A DNA stretch of 64,000 nucleotides from a bacterium (lineage in GTDB: Bacteria; UBA8248), in assembly GCA_965219955.1 (NCBI GenBank), contig OZ244799.1, positions 1,376,001 to 1,440,000 of the forward strand. Direction: 5' to 3'. Under the pieces are notes generated by a model. The model was given only the letters and a program-made list of their open reading frames with translations. It was not told the DNA's origin and made no database searches. Both the position numbers and the translations under genes were made by a program. Of the stretch, positions 39,097 to 47,624 are shown one piece after another (the stretch's first letter is position 1; each line of letters starts with the position of its first letter).

Positions 39097-39846
39097 ATGT
39101 TCAGCCAACGGGCGGTAGACGCTCTCAAAGACGCGGAATCGGTGGCCGTCCTGACCGGGGCGGGCGTGAGTGCGGAGAGCGGCGTGCCCACCTTCCGGGG
39201 CGCGGGCGGTCTCTGGCGCGAGTACAGCGCCACCTCGCTGGCCACGCCCGAGGCCTTTCGCGCCGATCCCAGGCTCGTCTGGGAGTTTTACAACTACCGC
39301 CGCGAGGTGCTCGACCCCCTGACGCCCAACGCGGGCCACTACGCCATCGCCTCGCTGGAGGAGCGCTTCGCGCGCTTCGCACTCATCACGCAGAACATCG
39401 ACAACTTGCACCGCGTCGCCGGGACGCGCGAGATCGTGGAGTTGCACGGCAACATCTGGCGCGTCCGCTGCACGAACCTGGGCTGTGAGCGCTACACGCT
39501 CGCGTGGGAGAACCGGGACGTGCCGATCGACCCCCTGCCCCCGAAGTGCGAGGCGTGCGAGAGCCTCCTGCGCCCCCACGTGGTGTGGTTCGGTGAGATG
39601 CTCGACCCCGAGCAGTTGCGCCGGGCGCTCGTTGCGGTGGATGATTGCGATTACCTGATCGTGGCGGGCACGTCCGCCGCGGTGCAGCCGGCCGCCTCGA
39701 TGCCCATGACGGCCTCAAGGGGCGGCGCGTTCGTGCTCGAGGTGAACCCCGAGCCGACGGACATCAGCCCGTACATGAGCGAGGCGGTGCAGGAGCCCTC
39801 GGGCGTCGCCCTGCCCCGCCTGTTCGAAGCGGCCTTTGGAGGATAG
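39097..39846 (+). CDS. cobB: NAD-dependent protein deacylase (sirtuin)
   Basis: TGAGVSAESGVPTFRG, YxxR, TQNID.LH, HGN, RPHVVWFGE, GTS; ATG 39097 with GGAG upstream. Confidence 0.95.
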   Translation: MFSQRAVDALKDAESVAVLTGAGVSAESGVPTFRGAGGLWREYSATSLATPEAFRADPRLVWEFYNYRREVLDPLTPNAGHYAIASLEERFARFALITQNIDNLHRVAGTREIVELHGNIWRVRCTNLGCERYTLAWENRDVPIDPLPPKCEACESLLRPHVVWFGEMLDPEQLRRALVAVDDCDYLIVAGTSAAVQPAASMPMTASRGGAFVLEVNPEPTDISPYMSEAVQEPSGVALPRLFEAAFGG

Positions 39847-39848
39847 TG

Positions 39849-41111
39849 ATGGCGCGGCCCAGACTCACGGCGGTGCGCGGCGTGAAAGACGTCCTGCCCG
39901 AAGAATCTTCGAGGTGGCAGGGAGCCGAACAACTGGCGCGGGAGATTTTCGCGCGCTACGGCTACGGGGAGATAAGAGTGCCCGTGTTCGAGCGCACGGA
40001 GCTCTTCGCGCGCGGCATCGGCGAGGAGACCGACATCGTCTCCAAGGAGATGTACACCTTCGAAGACAAAGGGGGCGACTCCATCACGCTGCGCCCCGAG
40101 GCGACCGCCTCGATCTGCCGCGCCTACGTCCAAAACGGACTCCACAACCGCGCGAGCGTCTCGAAGCTCTTCTGCATCGGCCCCATGTTCCGCTACGAGC
40201 GTCCCCAGGCGGGCCGCCTGCGGCAGTTCCACCAGATAGACGCGGAAGTGTTCGGCTCGGTGGACCCGGCGGTCGACGCCGAACTCATCGTGATGCTCAT
40301 GGAATTTCTCGATAAAATGGGCGTCGAGGGCCTGGCGCTCCAGATCAACAACCTGGGCGATGCGGAATGCCGCCCGGCCTACGCCGCCGCCCTCCAGGAG
40401 TATCTCAGGGCAGAAACGAAGCACCTGGGCGCCGAAGTCGCCGAACGGGTCGAGCGCAACCCGCTGCGCTTTCTGGACAGCAAGAACCCGGACCACCAGG
40501 AGATCATCGCGCGCGCGCCGAGGATAGACGCGTTCTGGAACGATGACTGCCGGGAGCATCTGGAGAGCGTATGCCGGCTCATCGAGAGCGCGGGCGTCGC
40601 GTATGAGATCAACCCGAGGCTCGTCCGCGGCCTCGACTACTACTGCCTCACCGTCTTCGAGGTGACGAGCGAGAGCCTCGGAGCGCAGAACGCGGTGTGC
40701 GGCGGAGGGCGCTACGACGGCCTCATGGAGGAGCTGGGCGGCCCCAAGACGCCGGGTATCGGCTTCGCGGTCGGGGTGGAGCGTCTCCTGCAGCTGGCGG
40801 GCGAAAAGGCCCCGGCCCGGAATGAGGAGATCCAAGCCTACATCGTCGCACTCGGTGACGCCGCACAGGCCGAAGTCTTTGGACTCGCCGCCGAACTGCG
40901 CGCGGGGGGCATTCGGACCGAACGCTCCTTCGGCGGGGGCAGCATGAAAAGCCAGATGAAGCGCGCCGATCGCTCGGGTGCGGCGTTCGTGCTCCTGCTG
41001 GGCGACGACGAGGCCGCCAAAGGAGTGGTGAGCGTCCGCCACATGAAGGAGAGCCGCCAGACCGAGGTGAAACGAGAGGAAGTGTCCGGTTATATAAAAG
41101 ATAATTTATAG
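39849..41111 (+). CDS. hisS: Histidine--tRNA ligase
   Basis: TDIVSKEMYTF, LRPEAT, FRYERPQAGRLRQFHQ, LVRGLDYY, GGGRYDGL. Confidence 0.98.
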   Translation: MARPRLTAVRGVKDVLPEESSRWQGAEQLAREIFARYGYGEIRVPVFERTELFARGIGEETDIVSKEMYTFEDKGGDSITLRPEATASICRAYVQNGLHNRASVSKLFCIGPMFRYERPQAGRLRQFHQIDAEVFGSVDPAVDAELIVMLMEFLDKMGVEGLALQINNLGDAECRPAYAAALQEYLRAETKHLGAEVAERVERNPLRFLDSKNPDHQEIIARAPRIDAFWNDDCREHLESVCRLIESAGVAYEINPRLVRGLDYYCLTVFEVTSESLGAQNAVCGGGRYDGLMEELGGPKTPGIGFAVGVERLLQLAGEKAPARNEEIQAYIVALGDAAQAEVFGLAAELRAGGIRTERSFGGGSMKSQMKRADRSGAAFVLLLGDDEAAKGVVSVRHMKESRQTEVKREEVSGYIKDNL

Positions 41112-41152
41112 TTTAACAACAAATGCTTACCGGTTATTATTAAAGTTGATTC

Positions 41153-42088
41153 TTAATTATTGCAGAGCCATTCATACACGCTGATGACCCCCATTTCGCT
41201 GAAACCCAGATCCTGATAAAACGCGCGCACATCCTGATCTTCGGCGGAGACGATGAGTTCGAGCGCCTCCGCGCCGCACGCCAGCGCCCTCCGGGCGGAC
41301 GCCTGAATCAGCAGGCGGCCCAGGCCGCGTCTCCGGTGAGCGGGCATGATGCCGATGTCGGGGATGTAGACGGCTTTATCACCCGCAGCCAACCGGTTCG
41401 GGTCGACGGCCAGTATCGCCATCCCCGCCCCCTCGGGGTCTCCCGACTCGCCGCCCAGGTATTCGAAGATGAACGAATTTTCCGGGCGCGTATCCGGCGC
41501 GTCGTACCAGGCGGTGATCGTCTCGGCGGTATGCGGCGTGAAGTTCCACATGTCCGGGAAAATCCCGTTGAAAAGATCGGCGAGGTATCGCGCATCGCCG
41601 GGCAGGGCCGCCGCGCGAAGCCGGTAGCCCGCCGGCAGGCGCGGTTCTCCCAACTCCGTGAGCGCGTCATGCTTCAGGAAGCGGAGGTCGCGCACTTTCC
41701 GCCCGCCGCTCAGATAGATGAAACGCCCCGGAAGCGAGACGGGCAGATACGCCCAGATGCCGCCCAGGCCGTTTTCCCGCGCTTCGGCGAGGGCCGCCTC
41801 CAGGAGATGCCGGGCGTAGCCCGCCTTTCTGGCGTCGGGCCGAACGAAAAGGGCGTCGATGCAGGCCCTGTTCCTCGCTCTCGCCTCCCGGTTCACCACC
41901 ATGCGGCAATAGCCCGCCGGGGTCTCGCCGCCGCCCTCTTCCGGCCAAACCACCCAGACCTTCGTGCCCGGCGCGCCGAAACCGGCATCCACCTCCTCGC
42001 GCGAAAGCCCGAAAGCCTCCGCCGCCAGGGCGGTCAACGCATGGCGGTGCTCCGGCCCGATGCGCTCCACCCTAGCCGCGGTGGACAT
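41153..42088 (-). CDS. Tandem-domain GNAT N-acetyltransferase
   Basis: Two acetyl-CoA motifs (VRPDARKAGYA, IMPAHRRRGLG) and FYQDLGF. Confidence 0.82.
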   Translation of the reverse strand: MSTAARVERIGPEHRHALTALAAEAFGLSREEVDAGFGAPGTKVWVVWPEEGGGETPAGYCRMVVNREARARNRACIDALFVRPDARKAGYARHLLEAALAEARENGLGGIWAYLPVSLPGRFIYLSGGRKVRDLRFLKHDALTELGEPRLPAGYRLRAAALPGDARYLADLFNGIFPDMWNFTPHTAETITAWYDAPDTRPENSFIFEYLGGESGDPEGAGMAILAVDPNRLAAGDKAVYIPDIGIMPAHRRRGLGRLLIQASARRALACGAEALELIVSAEDQDVRAFYQDLGFSEMGVISVYEWLCNN

Positions 42089-42464
42089 GCACCCTGCCCT
42101 CTTCGATCATCTTTTCGAACTTCCGCATCAGCCAGCCGCGCACCACGGCCCGCACGGCGGGGACCATCAGGGCGAAACCGGCGGCGTCCGTCAGGAGGCC
42201 GGGCGTCAGGAGCAGCACGCCGCCCACGAGCACCATCGCGCCCTCGACCATCTCGGCCCCGGGAAGCCTCCCCTCCGCCATTTCCGCCTGGATGCGCGAT
42301 ACCACGTAAAACCCCTGGGTCCTCGCCGCCCATGCGCCGAGCGCGCCGGTGAGAATCACGACTCCCAGCGTCGGCGCCAGGCCGATGGAGGTTCCCAGAT
42401 CGATGAGGATCATCAACTCGATGATGGGGATGAGCGTGAAGAGCAAAAACAGTTTGAAGATCAA
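42072..42464 (-). CDS. fxsA: FxsA family membrane protein
   Basis: PIIEL, ARTQG, GGVLLLTPGLLTD. Confidence 0.92.
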   Translation of the reverse strand: MIFKLFLLFTLIPIIELMILIDLGTSIGLAPTLGVVILTGALGAWAARTQGFYVVSRIQAEMAEGRLPGAEMVEGAMVLVGGVLLLTPGLLTDAAGFALMVPAVRAVVRGWLMRKFEKMIEEGRVHVHRG

Positions 42465-42609
42465 GAGGTTTCTCCCTGGCGGCGCATTTCGCGGATTTTA
42501 GCATGAGTACAGGCGGAATGGGTATATGGGGATTTATGCGGAGCCAAGAGAAAACAGGTGATGGAGGAGAAGAATCGCCAGGCGGAGCAACCCCTCGCCG
42601 ATAGCGCCC

Positions 42610-42636
42610 TTGACGCATTTGTCAATTATGACAACG
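42610..42636 (+). promoter_or_regulatory. Putative toxin-antitoxin promoter/operator
   Basis: TTGACG followed by overlapping palindromes TTGAC-N6-GTCAA and TTGTCA-N4-TGACAA, just before ATG 42644. Confidence 0.5.
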
Positions 42637-42643
42637 TTTTCGG

Positions 42644-43152
42644 ATGAACGACGATACCGTAGGGCCTGATGAAAATCTCAGGAATTCATGGTTCGGGATA
42701 TGCAGCCGACCGGCGAGAGAGGAGACTTCACTCCCTCTTGAGAGACTGGTTTCCCGAGGGGAAAGCCAGACGATGAAGTCGAGCGGTTTGTGCGAAGGCC
42801 GATTCGGCAGGGGGTTCACCACAAAGTCGTCATTCCGGCGAAAGCCGGAATCCATTTTGACTTTTCATCGGGTGGAGCGGCCACAACCTTGTTGTCGCGC
42901 AGCGTACGGATGCGGAATCCAGGGAATTCGCCTTTCGTTTTTGTGTTCGATTCCGCTCTTCCCTGCCCGGGAGTAAAGACGTCCGATCGAGGAAGCGCAA
43001 AGGCAAAGGCGAAAATGGATTCCGGCTTTCGCCGGAATGACGGCAATCACGGCTTGCAGGACTTTTTCAACAGCCCTCAAGGGGGAGTGAATTCATAAAC
43101 TCATGTCGGCTGAAAATCCATTCCCTGTTTGAGGAAGGAGTTGCAGCAATGA
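42644..43152 (+). pseudogene. Probable remnant of a RelE/ParE (Gp49-like) toxin gene, interrupted by a repeat mosaic
   Basis: 5' stub MNDDTVGPDENLRNSW; 3' stub LRKELQQ* whose TGA overlaps the antitoxin ATG (ATGA); the middle is repeat sequence; family assignment inferred from the partner gene. Confidence 0.5.
42727..43091. mobile_element. Composite repeat element: family-C ends + paired CGTC arms with long cassette + one TIR-shell end
   Basis: TTCACTCCCTCTTGAG / CTCAAGGGGGAGTGAA; GAGCGGTTTGTGCGAAGGC shared with the element at 45405; arms 42828-43042; GGACTTTTTCAACAGCCC at 43059-43076. Confidence 0.82.
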
Positions 43153-43481
43153 ATGAAACCGATTTCGAACTCGTCCGGGGAAGCGGAAACGTCTTTCGGG
43201 ATTTCGACGATCCTCACGCGGATTTGAAGCAGGCCAAAGCGCTCCTCGCCGCCCGGATCATCGCGGTGCTCGACGAACGCGGGCTGACGGTGCGAAAGGC
43301 CGCGAGCATGACCGGTTTCGCCGCGGCGGATTTCTCGCGCATACGCAACGCGGCTCTCGGGCGCTTCACGCTGGATCGGCTGATGAAGATGCTCGCCGCC
43401 CTGGATGGGCGCATCCGGGTCACTCTCCAATTCGACGCACGCCAAAGCGAACAAGCGGCCGTGTCGGGCGCCGGCCGATAA
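43149..43481 (+). CDS. XRE-family HTH antitoxin (HigA2-like)
   Basis: VRGSGNVFRD...AAADFSRIRNAALGRFTLDRL; GGAG RBS. Confidence 0.85.
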   Translation: MNETDFELVRGSGNVFRDFDDPHADLKQAKALLAARIIAVLDERGLTVRKAASMTGFAAADFSRIRNAALGRFTLDRLMKMLAALDGRIRVTLQFDARQSEQAAVSGAGR

Positions 43482-43603
43482 CCGGCCAATCCTGGCGGCC
43501 TCTTTTCAGGACAGGTGAAAAACCCTTATAAAGTCCCTCAAGACATTTCGACATTTGCACTCGCTGCGGCCATCGCACCGATGAGACGGAAGGAGGCTCA
43601 GAC

Positions 43604-44665
43604 ATGGCATCCACGATGAAAGCAATGCGGCTTCATGAGCTTGGCGGCTCGTTTCAGCTGGAAGAGGTTCCGGTGCCCCGGCCGGGGCCGAACGACGCAC
43701 TGGTGCGCTTGAAGGCCACGGGCGTGGGCCTCACGCTGGTCATCATGCGGAGCACGCCCGGCCTCGTGGATGAGTATCCCCGAATCCTGGGACACGAGAT
43801 CGCGGGCGAGGTCGTCGAAACAGGCTCCCACGTCACGAACGTGGGCGTGGGCGACCACGTGACGTGCCATTTCTACCTCACCTGCCACAACTGCCGGTAC
43901 TGCCGCAGCGGGCGCGAGACGCTTTGCGAGAATTTCCGGGGATACGTCGGCCTCGTCATGGACGGGGGCTATGCCGAGTACACGAACGTCCCCGCCGTGA
44001 ACCTGTGCAAGATTCCCGAAGGCGTGAGTTCGCTCGACGCCTGCGTGGCGGCGGACGCCATCTGCACGCCCTATCACAACTGCGTGGCCGAGGCGCAGAT
44101 AAAGCCCGGCGACGTGGTGGCTATCGTGGGGGCGGGCGGCGGCGTGGCGATTCACGCGGTGCAGATGGCCCAGGTCTGCGGCGGCCACGTGATCGGAATC
44201 GACGTGTCGGAGAAAAAACTCGAGACGGTATCCCAGCTCGGGGCCTTCGCCACCCTGAACCCCGCGCAGACCGACACCGTGGAGGAAATCCTCTCCCTCA
44301 CCGACGGGCGAGGCGTGGACGCCTACATCGACTACGTGGCCTCGCGCGAGACGCTCGAAGCCGGCGTGGCCAGCCTCGGGCGCGGGGGCAAGCTGGTGAT
44401 CGTGGGCTACCGCCCGGCGGCGGCGTACGACAACGTATCGCCGAACTTCACCGTCGACCCGCTCCAGTTGCTCACCTACGCGCAGGAGATCCACGGCTCG
44501 CGCTACTGCTCGATGGAGGAACTCGGACAATCGCTTGCGCTGATTCAGCAGGGGAAAATCAAACCTATCGTCACCGAGACTTATCCCCTCGAGGAGACCG
44601 AAACCGCCTTCCAGGCGCTCTTGGAAAACCGGGTAACCGGAAGGGCGGCGGTGGTGTTCGACTAG
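43604..44665 (+). CDS. Zinc-binding alcohol dehydrogenase (MDR family)
   Basis: ILGHEIAGEV, CHNCRYC...C structural Zn site, GAGGGV. Confidence 0.9.
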   Translation: MASTMKAMRLHELGGSFQLEEVPVPRPGPNDALVRLKATGVGLTLVIMRSTPGLVDEYPRILGHEIAGEVVETGSHVTNVGVGDHVTCHFYLTCHNCRYCRSGRETLCENFRGYVGLVMDGGYAEYTNVPAVNLCKIPEGVSSLDACVAADAICTPYHNCVAEAQIKPGDVVAIVGAGGGVAIHAVQMAQVCGGHVIGIDVSEKKLETVSQLGAFATLNPAQTDTVEEILSLTDGRGVDAYIDYVASRETLEAGVASLGRGGKLVIVGYRPAAAYDNVSPNFTVDPLQLLTYAQEIHGSRYCSMEELGQSLALIQQGKIKPIVTETYPLEETETAFQALLENRVTGRAAVVFD

Positions 44666-44716
44666 GCTCCATACGCGAAGACGCATTCGTTTTCATACGC
44701 TTAAGGAGAAATACCG

Positions 44717-45193
44717 ATGGTGGAATCCGTAGACAAGGAAGTGATGGCCAAACAGGAGCGCCGCGTGCGCGCCACGCGCGCGGAGGGCTGCCGGGTCGAG
44801 TTGAAAGCGCGCAAGCACGCTTTCGTCGCCGATGAACCGGCGCAGGGCGGCGGAACCGACACGGGCCCCACGCCGCGCGAACTGGCGCTCGGCGCGCTTT
44901 CCGCCTGCATCACGGTCATCACGAACAAGGTCGCCGAGGGACTCGACTTCAACGTCATCGCCCAGGAGGTGGAGGTCCGCGGCACGGCCGACCCCCGGGG
45001 CGCCAAGGACCCGGACAACGGCATCAGCCCCAACTTCGATTACGTGGAGGCGAAAATCCACCTCACCACGGACGAGCCCGACGAGCGGGTGGCCGAACTC
45101 AAGCGCCAGCACCACGGGCGCTGCCCCATCTCCGCGCTCTACCGCGAGAGCGGCTGCGAACTGGTGGAGGAGTGGATCGTCAAGCGGCCCTGA
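44717..45193 (+). CDS. OsmC family protein
   Basis: DEP..GGTDTGPTPREL.LGALSAC...RCPI; AAGGAG RBS. Confidence 0.88.
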   Translation: MVESVDKEVMAKQERRVRATRAEGCRVELKARKHAFVADEPAQGGGTDTGPTPRELALGALSACITVITNKVAEGLDFNVIAQEVEVRGTADPRGAKDPDNGISPNFDYVEAKIHLTTDEPDERVAELKRQHHGRCPISALYRESGCELVEEWIVKRP

Positions 45194-45321
45194 GGGGGGA
45201 GGTCCGCGCCGAAGGCGTCGCCTTTACCCCCTGGCAAGGGGGGCCCAGAGGGGCGCCTTTCAAGGGCGATGGTTTTCCGTGTACACGCCCCTGCGGGTTC
45301 GTTTTGATTTGCGTGGTTTTT

Positions 45322-45383
45322 GTAGGGGCCGTTCGTGAACGGCCCTCCCCAGAAAAAGCGGGCGGTTCTCGAACCGCCCCTAC
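45322..45383. repeat. GTAG-type REP doublet
   Basis: GTAGGGGCCGTTCGTGAACGGCCC ... GGGCGGTTCTCGAACCGCCCCTAC. Confidence 0.8.
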
Positions 45384-45404
45384 GAAACCCTCTTGAATCG
45401 GGAA

Positions 45405-45569
45405 TCACTCCCCCCTTGAGGGGGAGTCGAGGAAGCCGAGCGGTTTGTGCGAAGGCTGATGCGGTGGGGGGTAAAATGCGTTTTATCGCCATTCCGAATT
45501 ATACCCCCCACCGAATCGCTTTCGGGCTTACGCCCTCAGCTCTTCGACTCCCCCTCAAGGGGGGAGTGA
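45405..45569. repeat. Intact family-C palindromic element
   Basis: Perfect 26-bp inverted repeat TCACTCCCCCCTTGAGGGGGAGTCGA (45405-45430 / 45544-45569) with an inner CGGTGGGGGGTA/TACCCCCCACCG stem. Confidence 0.85.
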
Positions 45570-45673
45570 ATCACTGTTCTCCTCAGTCGGGGCTGGCACC
45601 GGAATGACGAACCCAGCCAAACGGTGGTGCGGCTAACTGCGGCGGCGCGCCGCTTAGCGGGAGGCTTTCGCCC

Positions 45674-46117
45674 CTACTCCACCTTCGCCTTCACGTTCTT
45701 TGCGAAGTCGGCGAAAATCTTGTTCGCCTGGTTCTTGATGACGCTGAAGCCCAGCGAGCCGAGCTTGCCGAACACGTCGACGCTCGAGTCGATGCGCACC
45801 TTCGTTTCGTTCTCCGAGACGGCCTCGAGCGTCACCTCGTTTTTCTGCTTGAGGCTCGCCGCGAGTTTCGAGTCCTTCCCCTCGCCCACCGTGCGGATGT
45901 ACTCGGGCGCGCGGACTTCCTCGATGTTGATCTGAAGCTGAAAGCTCGCCTTGAGGAAGCTGACCTTCTGCTCGACACGAACGCCGTAGGTCGCGTCGTC
46001 TATTTTCTCCACGTCCTTCACGCCGGGCACGCAGGCGGCGAACTCCTCGACCTGCCAGATGAAGTCCCACACCTTCTCCCGGGGGGCGGCGACGGTAATC
46101 TCCTGGTTGAATTCCAT
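45674..46117 (-). CDS. CoxG/SRPBCC family protein
   Basis: VAAPREKVWDF...ACVPG, GKLGSLG. Confidence 0.85.
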   Translation of the reverse strand: MEFNQEITVAAPREKVWDFIWQVEEFAACVPGVKDVEKIDDATYGVRVEQKVSFLKASFQLQINIEEVRAPEYIRTVGEGKDSKLAASLKQKNEVTLEAVSENETKVRIDSSVDVFGKLGSLGFSVIKNQANKIFADFAKNVKAKVE

Positions 46118-46227
46118 GTTGGGTGTCCTTTTTGCTCGGTGTGACGCGAAATGATAATCAAACGAGGGTATGATTCTAACAAGACGTGGCGTTTTACTCC
46201 ACAGACCCTTATCTCTCAGGAACCTGG

Positions 46228-46908
46228 ATGTCAGCCGAATCCCTCATCCTGTTCGCCAAACCACCCCTCGCCGGCCGGGTGAAAACGCGCCTCGCCGAAA
46301 GCCTCGGGCGCGAGGGCGCCGCGCGTCTCTATTCGTGTTTCCTTCGAGACGCAGCCGAAACGGCGCGCACGCTTATGGAGGCGAGGCCGGGCGTCTCCCT
46401 CGTCTGCGAGTGGGCGCTTGAGCACGGTGAATCGCTCGATGAGTTTCCGCTCACGGACTGGCTGCCCGGCGCCTTTCTCCACCGGGCGCAAACGGGTGCG
46501 GACATTGGCGCGCGCATGGCGGCGGCGATGGGGCGATGCCTGGCTTTCGGGAGGAATGCTGTGCTCATCGGTACGGATTTCCCGGATCTTCCGCACGAAG
46601 TTCTGATCGATGCGTTCGAGAAGCTGGATTGCGGGGATGAGCCGACCGTCGCGCTCGGTCCCGCTGCGGACGGGGGCTACTACCTGATCGGGATGAACCG
46701 GTTCCTGCCTGAAATTTTCACCGGCATCCCCTGGAGCACGGGCGAGGTGTTCTCGTACACGATGGAGAAGGCCGCCGCGCTCGGCGTCGGGACTGCCCTC
46801 CTCCCCGAGTGGTGCGACGTGGACGAGGCGGATGATCTGGAAGCTCTGAAGAGCCGCCTCTCGCAGGACGCATCGCGCGCCCGGCACACGCGGGAATACC
46901 TGCGCTGA
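46228..46908 (+). CDS. TIGR04282/DUF2064 family glycosyltransferase-like protein
   Basis: LILFAKPPLAGRVKTRL, QTGADIGARM, LIGTDFPDL, LGPAADGGYYLIG, IPWST, DVDEADDL. Confidence 0.9.
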   Translation: MSAESLILFAKPPLAGRVKTRLAESLGREGAARLYSCFLRDAAETARTLMEARPGVSLVCEWALEHGESLDEFPLTDWLPGAFLHRAQTGADIGARMAAAMGRCLAFGRNAVLIGTDFPDLPHEVLIDAFEKLDCGDEPTVALGPAADGGYYLIGMNRFLPEIFTGIPWSTGEVFSYTMEKAAALGVGTALLPEWCDVDEADDLEALKSRLSQDASRARHTREYLR

Positions 46909-46987
46909 TCCGCCCGGGGCGTTTGCGCCGCGTAGCTCAAAATGAAAGGATTGGCGCCTCAGTCCGCCGAACGATGAGGAGCGCGCA

Positions 46988-47617
46988 TTGCCGAACGAAT
47001 CCGTCGTAGAAGCCACGTATACCTATTGCGTCCACTGAGCCTGGTGCCTGATCGCGACCGGGCGGTTGCGAACACTGAGCGAGCAGGCCGGCGGACGCCT
47101 CGCCATCCGCTACCGCGCCTTTCTGCTCTCGCCCGAGCCGGACCATCGTCCGGCCCGCAAGGAGGCCATCATGGGCCACTGGGCGATGGCGAAAAGCCAC
47201 CCCGGCGGCGAGGCGATCAACCCCGAACTCATGGCGCGCCGCGACTTCCCCTACCCCCACTCCACCCCCGGCGCGATTGCGATAAAGGCCTTCGCCGCCC
47301 AGCTCCCCGAGCGCGAGGGCGAATATCTCGAAGCCGTGGAGCGAACGCATCTGGTCGAATGCCTGAGCATCGACGACGCCGACGTGCTCGTGGCCGCCGC
47401 CGAGCGTCTCGGAGCGGAGCCCGCGATCATGCGCGAGGTCATGGCCGACCCGGACATGGAAAAGCGCGTATGGGCGGATCACATCGAGGCCGTGAACGCA
47501 GGTATCCAGTCCACGCCCACGGTCGATTTTTCGGGCAAATACAGGATCACCGGCGCGCAGCCCATGGCGATATTCGAGCAAACCCTCAAGCGCGCCGTGG
47601 CCGATCAGGACACCTAA
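46988..47617 (+). CDS. DsbA/FrnE-family thiol oxidoreductase, probable selenoprotein (in-frame TGA = Sec17)
   Basis: TTG start with GAGGAG upstream gives MPNESVVEATYTYCVH-U-AWCLIA, in frame with track ORF 47066..47617 (YRAFLLSPE...GIQSTPT...ITGAQP). Confidence 0.8.
47052..47071 (+). promoter_or_regulatory. Putative bacterial SECIS hairpin
   Basis: TCGCGACC-GGGC-GGTTGCGA: 8-bp stem (one G-U), G-initiated loop beginning 21 nt after the TGA at 47036-47038. Confidence 0.65.
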
Positions 47618-47624
47618 ACCCACT

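Noticed and set aside
42609-42636. dif-like site (TTATGACAAC right arm)
   Set aside because: The left arm lacks the ATAA end; better explained as a TA operator palindrome.
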